From Nitrososphaerota archaeon (GTDB taxonomy: Archaea; Thermoproteota; Nitrososphaeria; Nitrososphaerales; UBA57), in the NCBI GenBank assembly GCA_027295865.1, contig JAPUKB010000081.1, positions 1-50,855 of the forward strand: a stretch of DNA of 50,855 nucleotides. Reading direction: 5' to 3'. A model generated the notes under the pieces. The model was not told the DNA's origin, made no database searches, and saw only the letters and a list, made by a program, of their open reading frames with translations. A program made the position numbers and the translations under genes. Positions 1 to 9,461 of this stretch are shown here, one piece after another. The stretch's first letter is position 1, and every line of letters starts with the position of its first letter.

Positions 1-55
1 TTAGGATCTGCTTAACCTCGGAGATGCTGATCGTCCTTCGACTTTTCTCTTTCAT
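1..55 (-). CDS. 5' fragment of a gene that runs off the window (N-terminus MKEKSRRTISISEVKQIL); possibly RNA polymerase subunit Rpo4/F
   Basis: The ATG at 55 (minus strand) lies 10 nt downstream of the L21e stop. L21e-rpoF is a common archaeal pairing. Only 18 codons are visible, so the identification is weak. Confidence 0.3.
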   Translation of the reverse strand, partial: MKEKSRRTISISEVKQIL

Positions 56-65
56 TCCAGAATCT

Positions 66-347
66 CTACCCCTTGTGAGGAGTTATGTGTTCGAGCCTCG
101 ATATGATTGTTTTCATCTTCTCACCAAGTGGGACTTCCACCTGGACGACCCTTCTCATTACTACCATGATGGTTCCGGTAAGGCCTTGATACCTTCGATG
201 AGGCATTCCTTTCACTTGGGATGGATCAATATCGATCACTACTTTTTGTCCCACGGCGTAGTTCCTGAGAAAGATTGATAGTCCCCTGTCGCGTTTCTTG
301 GTGAACACAGAGCGAGTTTTTCGTCTGTAACCGTGATGCCGGGCCAT
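66..347 (-). CDS. rpl21e: 50S ribosomal protein L21e
   Basis: The 93-aa product starts MARHHGYRRKTRSVF and contains GQKVVIDIDPS...HRRYQGLTG, a typical L21e signature. Confidence 0.9.
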   Translation of the reverse strand: MARHHGYRRKTRSVFTKKRDRGLSIFLRNYAVGQKVVIDIDPSQVKGMPHRRYQGLTGTIMVVMRRVVQVEVPLGEKMKTIISRLEHITPHKG

Positions 348-512
348 TGATGGCTCATGTCGCTTAGCGGTCGAATTTACGTGTTACGCATTCGCCCCTC
401 CTTTTTCCATGTGTGAATCACGTCTGAAATTAAGAATTATTATTATCTGGAACCTTCTAAAACCGTCGGAATAGCTTTAATCTGACACTATAGACCGAAT
501 GTTGAAGGGCGA

Positions 513-1775
513 ATGGCAGCTGCAGAACTTGATCTAATAGGGACAATTGTCGCCATTAGTGTCCTTATCTTTGTAGCCAGAATCTTCGGAAGTCTATTTG
601 CTAAGATAGGTGTTCCAGAGGTCATTGGGGAGATTACAGCAGGGATACTTTTGGGGCCCACAGCTCTTGGGGGGTTAATTCCCTTCCGTGGAGCTCCGCT
701 CATCCAACTTGGGGACACCTTGTTGATATTTGCCGAAATAGGAGGAATCATAATACTATTTTCGGCGGGTCTTGAATTCACTTTTACACAATTTAGGAAA
801 GCTGGGGCGGCCTCTTTCGTCATCGGAACGCTAGGTGTCATCGTACCATTTTTCTTAGGGTATTTTGGTAGTATTGCCGTTGGATTTGACTTATCCGCCG
901 CTCTCCTCTTTGGGGCGGCTCTCACCGCTACAAGCATAGCTATTACTGTGAGGACCCTCGAGGAGCTTAATCAACTTCACACCAAAGAAGCACAAATAAT
1001 GGTAAACGCGGCGGTCATAGACGATGTACTTGGCCTTACCGTTCTAGGAGTTGTGATATCAGTTGCCGCAGCAGGTATTATCCCAAGCATCCAGAACCTT
1101 GCGCTGACTACTCTTACAACGGTCGGCCTCTGGTTCGCGATGCTTCTGGGAGCGGTCTTCATCGTGCCGAAGCTTCTTCGAGCTATTCATGTGAGCAATC
1201 TCCTAAAGACCGAAGGAACCCTAGAAGCGGGTGCCACTGCAACCGTCTTCGGACTAAGTGCTCTAGCTTCGGCTATAGGCCTATCTCCCATTGTGGGAGC
1301 GTTTGCCGCAGGAATGGCGATTGCCGGTGGTGATCCGGCGGTTAAACATCGAGTCGAGGATTTCGTGAAGAAGCTGAGGTTCGTATTTGCTCCCTTGTTC
1401 TTTGCGGTAATCGGGGCACAGATTAACGTGCTCGATCTACTGAATGTTAGCGTGATCATCTTCTTGTTCATTTCGGCCATAGCAATCATCAGCAAGGTCG
1501 CAGGAACGGGAATCCCTGCATGGATATTCCTCAGAAACAGAACTCAAGCTCTCAGAATCGGCGTGGGAATGACATCGAGGGGGGAGGTAGGGTTGATTAT
1601 CGCCGGCATTGGATTGACAAGTGGTCTGGTATCTAACAGCGCGTATGCGGCTCTAATTGCGGTAATTCTTGCCACCACAGTGGTGAGTCCAATAATGCTT
1701 CGGAGGCTTTCTATCGATGTTCAGAAAGAGAGGAGAAGACGTCAAGACAGGCTCGGCAAATTGGCTGATAATTAA
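513..1775 (+). CDS. Monovalent cation:proton antiporter, CPA2 / Kef-NapA type
   Basis: The 420-aa product is polytopic. The N-terminus FGSLFAKIGVPEVIGEITAGILLGP and the later segment SRGEVGLIIAGIG are typical of the Na_H_Exchanger family. Confidence 0.8.
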   Translation: MAAAELDLIGTIVAISVLIFVARIFGSLFAKIGVPEVIGEITAGILLGPTALGGLIPFRGAPLIQLGDTLLIFAEIGGIIILFSAGLEFTFTQFRKAGAASFVIGTLGVIVPFFLGYFGSIAVGFDLSAALLFGAALTATSIAITVRTLEELNQLHTKEAQIMVNAAVIDDVLGLTVLGVVISVAAAGIIPSIQNLALTTLTTVGLWFAMLLGAVFIVPKLLRAIHVSNLLKTEGTLEAGATATVFGLSALASAIGLSPIVGAFAAGMAIAGGDPAVKHRVEDFVKKLRFVFAPLFFAVIGAQINVLDLLNVSVIIFLFISAIAIISKVAGTGIPAWIFLRNRTQALRIGVGMTSRGEVGLIIAGIGLTSGLVSNSAYAALIAVILATTVVSPIMLRRLSIDVQKERRRRQDRLGKLADN

Positions 1776-1813
1776 CGACTCACAAAGCTAATATAGCTAA
1801 TTCCATAGCCCAT

Positions 1814-2080
1814 TTGCCGATGTTGTTCGTTGTCCTCGCCACGTTGGTGGCCGAGAGGAGTAAAGAGACTCTTGAGGAGATGAGGCGTCTGAAGGCCCGC
1901 CCAGGGATACTCGTTAAGGGCGTCTATGCTCTATATGGGAGGCACGATGTCCTGATGATTTTCGAATCAGAAAGCGAAAATAGCGCACTGGATTTCGTTC
2001 TCGAATTAAGAAATCGCGTTGGGATAATCGATACCGAGACGGCACTCGCAACAGATCTCAAGCATAAGGACGACGCATAA
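1814..2080 (+). CDS. Stand-alone Lrp/AsnC-type ligand-binding (RAM) or GYD-like small protein
   Basis: The 88-aa product has a beta-alpha-beta pattern (VLATLVAERSKETLEEMRRL...YALYGRHDVLMIFESESENSALDFVLELR...IDTETALA) and no HTH. The call rests on motif resemblance only. Confidence 0.45.
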   Translation: MPMLFVVLATLVAERSKETLEEMRRLKARPGILVKGVYALYGRHDVLMIFESESENSALDFVLELRNRVGIIDTETALATDLKHKDDA

Positions 2081-2158
2081 CTCATCATAGACCGGCTAAT
2101 ACACGTCATCTCAAGCTTAAAATAAGCACATCAGCCGACTTCAGTTCCAGTACAATTA

Positions 2159-3283
2159 ATGAAAAGCGAGCCGAACGCTGCCCTAGTATTGGAGGATGGT
2201 ACCGTATTTTCTGGCATTGGTTTCGGTGCCGCAGAAAAGGTTAGCGGGGAGGTAGTATTTAACACTGGGATGGTTGGGTATACAGAGGCTCTAACAGACC
2301 CGTCCTATAGGGGTCAGATACTTACATTCACTTATCCTCTGATTGGTAATTATGGTGTTCCGCCTTATGGCGATCCCGATCAAATACCGCTCTCCTTCGA
2401 ATCCAGAGAGATCCAGACTTTGGGTGCGATAGTACATGACTTGTGTGAAGAGCCAAGCCATTGGTCGTCCTCGCGCAATGTAGCTCGCTGGTTCAGAGAT
2501 GCTGGAATTCCCGGGATTACGTCGATTGACACGAGGACTCTTACGATAAAACTCAGATCCGAGGGAGTTATGATGGGGATATTGGAGGTCTCCGAGAACG
2601 AGATAGATATAGAGGGCTTGCGGAAGGAGAGTAGAACATCGAAACCATATGGGAATGTCGATTTAGTACGGGAGGTGACGCCAAAGTCGCCTCGACGGTA
2701 TGGTTCCGGGGATGAACTGGTCGTACTACTAGATTACGGTGCCAAGTACGGGATAATAAGAAACCTCCTTGAAAGGAATCTCAGCATAGTGGATCTCCCC
2801 TACGATTCTGGCGTAGAAGAAATCCTATCATATCATCCTAGCGGAGTCGTTATCAGTAATGGACCTGGGGATCCAAAAGCTTGTTCAGCAACTTTTCCAG
2901 TAATCAGAGAGATTATTGATAGCAATATGCCGACTTTAGGGATATGCCTGGGAATGCAGCTAATAGCACTGGCTTTGGGTGGTGATACTTTCAAACTGAG
3001 ATTCGGACATAGAGGTCAGAATAAGCCTTGCGTCGAAGCTCCAGATGGTCAGAGTTACGTCACGAGTCAAAATCATGGCTATGCGGTCGATGAGTCATCC
3101 CTCGGGGAGACGGGTCTAAAAACTTGGTTCCTGAATGCAGACGATAAGACACTCGAAGGGGTTCGACACAAGGAAAAGGCTTGTATCGCCGTCCAGTTCC
3201 ATCCTGAGGCATCTCCTGGCCCGTATGATACCGGCTTCGTTTTTGACAGGTTCATCGATATGATCAGGAGGCCGGCGACCTGA
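2159..3283 (+). CDS. carA: Carbamoyl-phosphate synthase small (glutaminase) subunit
   Basis: It contains TDPSYRGQILTFTYPLIGNYG, the class I GATase Cys motif GICLGMQL and FHPEASPGP. Its stop overlaps the carB start (TGATG). Confidence 0.95.
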   Translation: MKSEPNAALVLEDGTVFSGIGFGAAEKVSGEVVFNTGMVGYTEALTDPSYRGQILTFTYPLIGNYGVPPYGDPDQIPLSFESREIQTLGAIVHDLCEEPSHWSSSRNVARWFRDAGIPGITSIDTRTLTIKLRSEGVMMGILEVSENEIDIEGLRKESRTSKPYGNVDLVREVTPKSPRRYGSGDELVVLLDYGAKYGIIRNLLERNLSIVDLPYDSGVEEILSYHPSGVVISNGPGDPKACSATFPVIREIIDSNMPTLGICLGMQLIALALGGDTFKLRFGHRGQNKPCVEAPDGQSYVTSQNHGYAVDESSLGETGLKTWFLNADDKTLEGVRHKEKACIAVQFHPEASPGPYDTGFVFDRFIDMIRRPAT

Positions 3284-6200
3284 TGTCAAAACTAGCTACA
3301 ATCAAGAAAGTACTTGTGCTAGGGAGTGGAGCTATCAAAATAGGGGAGGCTGGAGAATTTGACTATTCCGGAAGTCAGGCCCTCAAGGCGCTCAAGGAGG
3401 AAGAAATTGAATCTGTTCTCCTCAACCCAAATATCGCAACCATACAAACCGATCAACAGATCGCGTCAAAAGTCCACCTCCTGCCGATCACCCCAGAATT
3501 TGCCGAAGAAGTCATTCAGATAGATCGGCCTGATGGAATCCTTCTTGGTTTCGGAGGTCAGACCGCCCTAAATTGTGGAGTTCAGCTTGCCAAGAGAGGA
3601 ATCCTTGACAGGTACGGGGTAAAGGTGTTGGGCACCCCAATTCGTGGCATCGAGATCACCGAAGATCGCGATCTATTCAAACAAACCATGAAGAAGGCAA
3701 GTTTACCAACTGCAAGAAGTCAGGCGGGCTACTCGGTTGAAGAGGCAAGAGAAGTCGCAAGCGAAATAGGATATCCGGTTATGGTTAGGGCTGCATATAC
3801 ACTCGGAGGCAGGGGAGGGGGAGTTGCTCATAATGAGATCGAGCTCGACGAAATTGTTCTCAAGGGACTTGCAAGTAGCATGACCCATCAAGTCTTGATT
3901 GAAGAGTATCTTGGAGGCTGGAAGCAGGTGGAATATGAAGTAATGAGGGATATCGGAGGAAATGGAGTCACCGTCTGCAACATGGAAAATATCTTGGGAA
4001 TGAGGGTTCATACTGGGGATAACATCGTAGTGGCTCCATCACAGACCCTTAACAATAGGGAGTACCATTTGTTGAGAACCGCATCACTAGCCGCAGCCAA
4101 GGCATGTGGAATTGTGGGAGAATGCAACGTCCAATTTGCTCTCAATCCATCATCTGAGTCATACAAAGTAATTGAAATTAACGCAAGGCTATCCAGATCT
4201 TCTGCCTTAGCTTCCAAAGCCACAGGTTACCCGTTGGCATATCTAGCCACTAAGCTCGCTCTGGGATACAGACTTAGTGAACTCACCAACAAAGTTACTG
4301 GCGTAACTACCGCTTGTTTCGAACCATCCCTCGACTATGTTGTTGTTAAGATGCCAAGATGGGACCTAAAGAAATTCGCGCGGGTATCTAGAAGAATAGG
4401 CACGCAGATGAAATCAGTGGGTGAGGTCATGGCAATTGCGAGGAAGTTTGAAGAAGCGATTCAGAAAGCGGCTCGAATGTTAGATATTGGGAGGCCAGGG
4501 GTAAATAACCCATTCGACCAGGAAGCGCATCTGTCCCTCGAAACCCTCGAAGCAAGACTAACTCATCCAGACGATGAGATAATCTTCACAATCGTCAACG
4601 CCCTAAGATTTGGCATGTCTGTGGAGGAGATAGAACGGCTCTCGGAGGTCGATCGATGGTTTATCTTCAAACTAAATAACATAATACAGATCGAGCGTAC
4701 CCTGAAGAAGTTACACGGCGACCCCGATCGTAAACTTTTGCTAGAGGCTAAAAGCCTAGGGTTCTCCGATGCCCAGATAGGTTCCTGCCTTGGAATGTCC
4801 GAGTTAGAAGTTAGAAAGAAGAGAGAAGCGGAAAGAATACTCCCGAGCTTGAAGCAGATTGATACTTTGGGGGCAGAATGGCCGGCGCGGACAAACTATC
4901 TTTACTTGAGCTATGACGGAGATACCGACGATACCGTCCCGACTGAAAAGAAGAAGGCCATTGTGTTGGGGGCCGGACCTTATCACATCGGAAGCTCAGT
5001 TGAATTTGACTGGTCCACCATGAATATGGTCTGGGGATTGAGAGAAAGAGGCATTGAAGAGGTATCTGTCGTCAACTGCAACCCAGAGACAGTATCCACC
5101 GACTACGACATGAGCGATAATCTCTTCTTCGAAGAGATTACACTGGAAAGGATCCTAGACATATACGAGAAACAAAACCCCGTAGGAATAGTCACGTGTG
5201 TTGGAGGTCAAGCTGCCAACAGCCTGCTTCCGAAGTTGGCAAAACAAAATGTAAGGATTCTCGGTACTGATAGCGAAAGCGTTGACACTGCTGAGGATAG
5301 ATCAAAGTTCAGTGCTCTACTAGACAAACTTGAGATTCCACAGCCATCGTGGAGAGCTTTTTCTTCGCTTCAAGAGGCATATGCGTTTGCAAAATCCGAG
5401 GGGTATCCTCTTCTCGTCAGGCCGTCTTACGTTTTGAGTGGTGCCGCAATGAAAACCGTATGGAGTTCGAAACACCTAAGAGAATTCTTGGCAGAAGCAG
5501 CGAAGGTCAGTCCAGAACACCCGGTTGTGATAAGCAAGTTCATTCTCGAGGCGAAAGAAGCAGAAGTCGATGCTGTCTCAGATGGTAACAATGTTTTCAT
5601 TGGAGCGGTAATTGAGCACATAGAGAAAGCAGGGATTCACTCAGGAGATGCGATGATGTGCATTCCGCCGCGTAGCCTTAATCCCAGCGAAGAGGCTCTG
5701 ATTATCGACTATACGAACCGAATCGGGAAGGCTCTTCAAATTAAGGGTCCATTCAACGTCCAATTCCTAGTGAAAAGTGGTAATGTATACGTGATAGAAT
5801 GCAACCTGAGAGCATCCCGATCTATGCCTTTTGTTTCAAAATTCACTGGCATTAACTTGATGAAGATGAGCGCATCCGCGATTTTGGGTGAGACTATTCC
5901 CACGAGTTATCATCACTACAGAAGGGTTCCTTTTGTAGGTGTAAAGGTCCCTCAGTTTTCCTTCATGCAGCTAGATGGAGCAGATCCGATTCTTGGAGTA
6001 GAGATGCAGTCGACAGGGGAAGTCGCATGTTATGGCAAGAATTTCTATGACGCGTTCCTCAAGGCGTTGCTCGCTGCAGGATATGAAATCCCTAGGAAGA
6101 AGGGGAGTGTCCTAATTAGTGTTGGAGGACACCCACCTAAGGCCAAGATCCTCCCCATCGCGAAAAAGTTCAGAAGACTAGGCTTCAAAGTATTCGCTAC

Positions 6201-6552
6201 CGAGCATACTGCAAACTTTCTTTCTGAGAATGGCGTAGAGTCTCTTGCTCTCTATAAGATTAGAGAGTCCAGCAGAAAGCCTAATGTTGAGGACTACCTC
6301 GTCAACAGAGAACTTGACCTAATAATCAACATCCCCGTGACCAGAGAGTCACCTCGAATGAGGGATATAATGGAGGATGAATATCTTATTCGGAGGAAGG
6401 CAGTTGAACTGGGAATCCCAGTTTTGACAACGATCGAGGGAGCCCGTGTCTTTGTCGAGGGGTTGGAGTGGCTCGGTAAAAACAAATTGACGATCGAAGT
6501 GAGCAGAGCCAATTCAGACCAGACCGTACTTTCTAGAAGGAATTCGGTTTAA
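3283..6552 (+). CDS. carB: Carbamoyl-phosphate synthase large subunit
   Basis: The 1089-aa product has duplicated ATP-grasp halves (KKVLVLGSGAIKIGEAGEFDYSGSQA and KKAIVLGAGPYHIGSSVEFDW) and a C-terminal MGS-like domain. Confidence 0.97.
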   Translation: MSKLATIKKVLVLGSGAIKIGEAGEFDYSGSQALKALKEEEIESVLLNPNIATIQTDQQIASKVHLLPITPEFAEEVIQIDRPDGILLGFGGQTALNCGVQLAKRGILDRYGVKVLGTPIRGIEITEDRDLFKQTMKKASLPTARSQAGYSVEEAREVASEIGYPVMVRAAYTLGGRGGGVAHNEIELDEIVLKGLASSMTHQVLIEEYLGGWKQVEYEVMRDIGGNGVTVCNMENILGMRVHTGDNIVVAPSQTLNNREYHLLRTASLAAAKACGIVGECNVQFALNPSSESYKVIEINARLSRSSALASKATGYPLAYLATKLALGYRLSELTNKVTGVTTACFEPSLDYVVVKMPRWDLKKFARVSRRIGTQMKSVGEVMAIARKFEEAIQKAARMLDIGRPGVNNPFDQEAHLSLETLEARLTHPDDEIIFTIVNALRFGMSVEEIERLSEVDRWFIFKLNNIIQIERTLKKLHGDPDRKLLLEAKSLGFSDAQIGSCLGMSELEVRKKREAERILPSLKQIDTLGAEWPARTNYLYLSYDGDTDDTVPTEKKKAIVLGAGPYHIGSSVEFDWSTMNMVWGLRERGIEEVSVVNCNPETVSTDYDMSDNLFFEEITLERILDIYEKQNPVGIVTCVGGQAANSLLPKLAKQNVRILGTDSESVDTAEDRSKFSALLDKLEIPQPSWRAFSSLQEAYAFAKSEGYPLLVRPSYVLSGAAMKTVWSSKHLREFLAEAAKVSPEHPVVISKFILEAKEAEVDAVSDGNNVFIGAVIEHIEKAGIHSGDAMMCIPPRSLNPSEEALIIDYTNRIGKALQIKGPFNVQFLVKSGNVYVIECNLRASRSMPFVSKFTGINLMKMSASAILGETIPTSYHHYRRVPFVGVKVPQFSFMQLDGADPILGVEMQSTGEVACYGKNFYDAFLKALLAAGYEIPRKKGSVLISVGGHPPKAKILPIAKKFRRLGFKVFATEHTANFLSENGVESLALYKIRESSRKPNVEDYLVNRELDLIINIPVTRESPRMRDIMEDEYLIRRKAVELGIPVLTTIEGARVFVEGLEWLGKNKLTIEVSRANSDQTVLSRRNSV

Positions 6553-7199
6553 GTTCTTTTCGACTGTCCATTCTTCGGGAAGAAGTGGTCTCGAACCACC
6601 GGAATAATCTCCATCATGTCCTTCTTGCGAATAATGATGTCAGCCCTCTCCTCCACTATCTCTTGCGCATTGAAGGCTATACTTAATCCGGCTATGTCGA
6701 ATAGAGTTAGGTCATTAGCGCCGTCCACAATCGATACGATACTCTTACGATCTTCCCCCAGCTGGGCAAGGACGGCGCGGAGGACACTAGCTTTGTCGGA
6801 ATTAACTCGCATATTCACGCCTGATATCTTATGATTTGTGAAGAGGAGATCATTGGCGAAAGTGTAGTCTAATCCTAGCTCAACCTTTAATCTTTCGACT
6901 AGGAGGGTCGGACCACCAGAGATCGTGATCGTCTTGAAGCCCATTGCCTTGAGGTTTTGGATTGCTTCAACAGCTCCCGGCATAAGCCGCATCTTCTGAA
7001 CAGTCTGTACGTACACATCATAGGATATACCACGCAAAGTCTCGACCCTTTTTTTCAATCCCTCTTCCCACTTGATCTCACCACGAAGCCCTTTTTGCGT
7101 GAGCAGGTCTATTTCATCCTCTTTTCCTATGAGCTTCGCAACCTCTGGCATGAATTCTCCATCCACAAGAACACCTTCAGTATCAAATATCGCTAGCAA
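6549..7199 (-). CDS. HAD-superfamily hydrolase, phosphoserine phosphatase-like
   Basis: It has the HAD motif I (AIFDTEGVL), motif III/IV (IVDGANDL) and a cap region like SerB. The start is TTG. Its 3' end overlaps the carB stop convergently by 4 nt. Confidence 0.6.
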   Translation of the reverse strand: MLAIFDTEGVLVDGEFMPEVAKLIGKEDEIDLLTQKGLRGEIKWEEGLKKRVETLRGISYDVYVQTVQKMRLMPGAVEAIQNLKAMGFKTITISGGPTLLVERLKVELGLDYTFANDLLFTNHKISGVNMRVNSDKASVLRAVLAQLGEDRKSIVSIVDGANDLTLFDIAGLSIAFNAQEIVEERADIIIRKKDMMEIIPVVRDHFFPKNGQSKRT

Positions 7200-7298
7200 C
7201 TTCAGACTCCCATTCGTGTCTCCAGAACTTGGTTGAATAACCCTGGATTATGAATTCAGTCTTTTTCAAAAAGAGGCGAGTCACACCGATAGTGACGC

Positions 7299-7781
7299 TT
7301 ATCCATATCTGCCTAAAGCCGGGTTCTCTTTTTTCAGCTCTATGAATATCTCAGAACTGAGCTTGTCAAGCAGACTCATACCTTTGCTACTTACCACTCT
7401 GCCTTGTTGACCTTTTTTCTCAACCAGGCCAGCTGCTTCGAGCTGCTGCAGAGGCTTTCTAATCGCGGCTTGTCCCGCATCTCTCTGATGGGATTTCCCG
7501 AACTTGACCCGTTTTCCACCTCCGTATTCTGTCTCAAGGTCTGCTAAGCCCAATGGTCCGTGGAGGTAGAGCTTTCTCAATAAGGAGGCTGATCTAGTAT
7601 ACCACCAGTCCTTATTCTGCGGCGGCCTCTCCCTGTGAGATCCCGTTTTAACGTATTGCGCCCAGGTTTGGGGAGTAATCTGCGACGTTCTTTTCAATTG
7701 CTCTGAGAGTCTCTCTATGAGCATATCTTGAGGAACCATATGTACGTTAGTCAATTCTAGACCTTTCCCGATAGTCATCAA
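7299..7781 (-). CDS. rps19e: 30S ribosomal protein S19e
   Basis: It contains WAQYVKTGSHRERPPQNKDWWYTRSASLLRKLY and GGGK...SHQRD, the S19e signature. The real ATG is probably at 7778. Confidence 0.9.
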   Translation of the reverse strand: MMTIGKGLELTNVHMVPQDMLIERLSEQLKRTSQITPQTWAQYVKTGSHRERPPQNKDWWYTRSASLLRKLYLHGPLGLADLETEYGGGKRVKFGKSHQRDAGQAAIRKPLQQLEAAGLVEKKGQQGRVVSSKGMSLLDKLSSEIFIELKKENPALGRYG

Positions 7782-7793
7782 TGAAAAGGGTAT

Positions 7794-8123
7794 TTAGGTT
7801 TGCTCCTCTTCAGCACCTGATTTCAAGATCTTTCTGTAGATGAAACCACAGTCAAGACAAGTTATGTTGAGGCCTTTGCGCCTCTTTGAAAGTCTGATCC
7901 GTGCATTCAATCCCGGAAGAATTAAATTCTTGCAGCCGTGGCAAAATATCTGTCTCATTACGTAGGGAAGTCTTACGTTGAACCTAAGACAGAGACTGCG
8001 AGCAATCGCTGCTTGACGGCGCGCAACACCCATGTCAAACTTGGCACTGTCGGTGCACTGCTCTATCAGGATTTCCACTCTCTGGAGGGCAATCTCCTTT
8101 TGCCGAGCCCTAGTTCTTCTCAC
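7794..8123 (-). CDS. rnp4: RNase P protein component 4 (Rpp21/Rpr2 family)
   Basis: An N-terminal helical region (IALQRVEILIEQ) is followed by the zinc ribbon CHGCKNLILPG...ITCLDCG. Confidence 0.8.
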   Translation of the reverse strand: MRRTRARQKEIALQRVEILIEQCTDSAKFDMGVARRQAAIARSLCLRFNVRLPYVMRQIFCHGCKNLILPGLNARIRLSKRRKGLNITCLDCGFIYRKILKSGAEEEQT

Positions 8124-8166
8124 GTCAGCTCATTCTGCATAAGGATGTTGATAAACGAACTCAGGA

Positions 8167-8853
8167 GTGAATATGTGCATGATTTCATTAATAATCGCGG
8201 AATCAGCCTTAGAAATGGTTCCTAAAGAAATCCGAACTCACCCGTCCGTTCGGAACCATGCTGAGAGGGCCAGAAGGAACCCCGGAGATCTCCTCCTTGA
8301 TCGCAGCTACCATCACGCGGCGATGAAGGGATTGAGGAATGCAGAAAAAAGGGGCCGGCCAGATCTCGTCCATTTCGCACTGCTTTCTGCTCTAGCGACA
8401 CCTCTCTATTTGCAGGATGGTTTAACAGTTTATCTTCATACAACAGATGATCTGGTAATCACAATCGGGAGAAGCGTTAGGTTGCCAAAGACTTATGCTA
8501 GGTTTGAAACATTGTTAGTTCAGCTCCTCAAAACCAAGGTAATAGAAACCAACGGGCAAGTTCTTCTTTCTATTTCTGAAATGAGCTTCCAAGAGTTATC
8601 TAGAAAAATAAGATCAGATATTACTGTCGGCCTCTCAAGTAGTGGATCAATGAACAGTGTGCGATTGGTCGCGGAAGAGTTGAGAGCGACCGAAAACGCT
8701 ACATTCGTGATCGGAGGCTTCCCCAAAAGTGACTTCTCACAGGAAGTTCTTGAAAGTATCAATTCACTGTATTCGATCAGTCCAACGGCATTGGAGGCCC
8801 ACTTGGTTATCGCAAGGATAATCTATGATCTAGAGGTACTCAGAAATCTGTAA
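8167..8853 (+). CDS. nep1: Ribosomal RNA small-subunit pseudouridine methyltransferase Nep1 (EMG1 family)
   Basis: It contains LIIAESALEMVP, LLDRSYHHAAM and KRGRPDLVHFALL, all typical of the Nep1 SPOUT fold. Confidence 0.8.
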   Translation: MNMCMISLIIAESALEMVPKEIRTHPSVRNHAERARRNPGDLLLDRSYHHAAMKGLRNAEKRGRPDLVHFALLSALATPLYLQDGLTVYLHTTDDLVITIGRSVRLPKTYARFETLLVQLLKTKVIETNGQVLLSISEMSFQELSRKIRSDITVGLSSSGSMNSVRLVAEELRATENATFVIGGFPKSDFSQEVLESINSLYSISPTALEAHLVIARIIYDLEVLRNL

Positions 8854-8856
8854 GGC

Positions 8857-8864
8857 TTTTTATC
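8857..8864 (+). promoter_or_regulatory. Candidate TATA box for tRNA-Gly
   Basis: TTTTTATC lies 27-34 nt upstream of the tRNA 5' end at 8891. Confidence 0.3.
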
Positions 8865-8890
8865 TCTCATGAACGCCTGAAGTGACGATT

Positions 8891-8988
8891 GCGGTCGTCG
8901 TCCAGTCCTCTCCTTGAAGAGGGGATAGTCTGGTCTAGGACATAGGCCCTCCAAGCCTGTAACAGGGGTTCAAATCCCCTCGGCCGCA
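8891..8988 (+). tRNA. tRNA-Gly (anticodon UCC) with a roughly 23-nt insert (candidate intron) in the D-loop
   Basis: The acceptor stem is GCGGTCG/CGGCCGC, the T arm AGGGG-TTCAAAT-CCCCT and the anticodon arm TAGGC-CCTCCAA-GCCTG. The D stem GTCC...GGAC encloses 34 nt. The discriminator is A and no CCA is encoded. Confidence 0.7.
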
Positions 8989-8989
8989 T
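8973..8989 (+). repeat. Direct repeat copy 1 (AATCCCCTCGGCCGCAT), the 3' end of tRNA-Gly; attL-like
   Basis: An identical 17-mer recurs at 10354-10370. Confidence 0.65.
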
Positions 8990-9031
8990 TACACACCAGC
9001 GTTAAATGCTCCCTCCTCGTCCTGATATGGC

Positions 9032-9367
9032 ATGCTTAGAGAGATCACCAAAGAATCTCCAATCATAGACCAATTCATTCATTCTATCGGCCTAATCAGC
9101 AAGGGAAGAACGAACAACGCGCGCGCGCGCTCACCACCAACTAATAGTAGAGCCATATCCGGATCTCTCTTAGATGATCTCATGCTAACTTTGCGAGAAT
9201 GTTCTGGTTGTGGGGCCCCATTCACCCCTAAAGAAAGTGAGACTATCGATCTAGTGGGATTACGCTCTAATCTCAAGTGTCGTTCTTGCGGAATCTCCAG
9301 GAAGTATCGGCATCTCTCCGAACATAATAAAAGTCTCCTATCCAGGGGATTAATTAGGTTCGGCTAG
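9032..9367 (+). CDS. Hypothetical zinc-ribbon protein
   Basis: The 111-aa product has CSGCG...(32 aa)...CRSCG. It lies inside the islet and I recognise no family. Confidence 0.35.
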   Translation: MLREITKESPIIDQFIHSIGLISKGRTNNARARSPPTNSRAISGSLLDDLMLTLRECSGCGAPFTPKESETIDLVGLRSNLKCRSCGISRKYRHLSEHNKSLLSRGLIRFG

Positions 9368-9461
9368 TTTCAACAAGTAGTAGAAATTACTGAGTACGGA
9401 GCTCAATCTCCATTCACAAGAATCAATTCATCTATCTATCAATATTCATCATGTAATCTCA

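Noticed and set aside
2081-2158. ATGATGA- and CTGA-like boxes on the minus strand of the spacer upstream of carA, considered as a C/D box sRNA.
   Set aside because: The box order is wrong: the C-like box lies at the 3' side and the D-like boxes at the 5' side. No terminal stem is visible.
9119-9131. An alternating CG run (CGCGCGCGCGCGC) inside the islet ORF.
   Set aside because: It is a short simple-sequence tract with no repeat partner or recognisable function. I note it only as a possible slippage-prone site.
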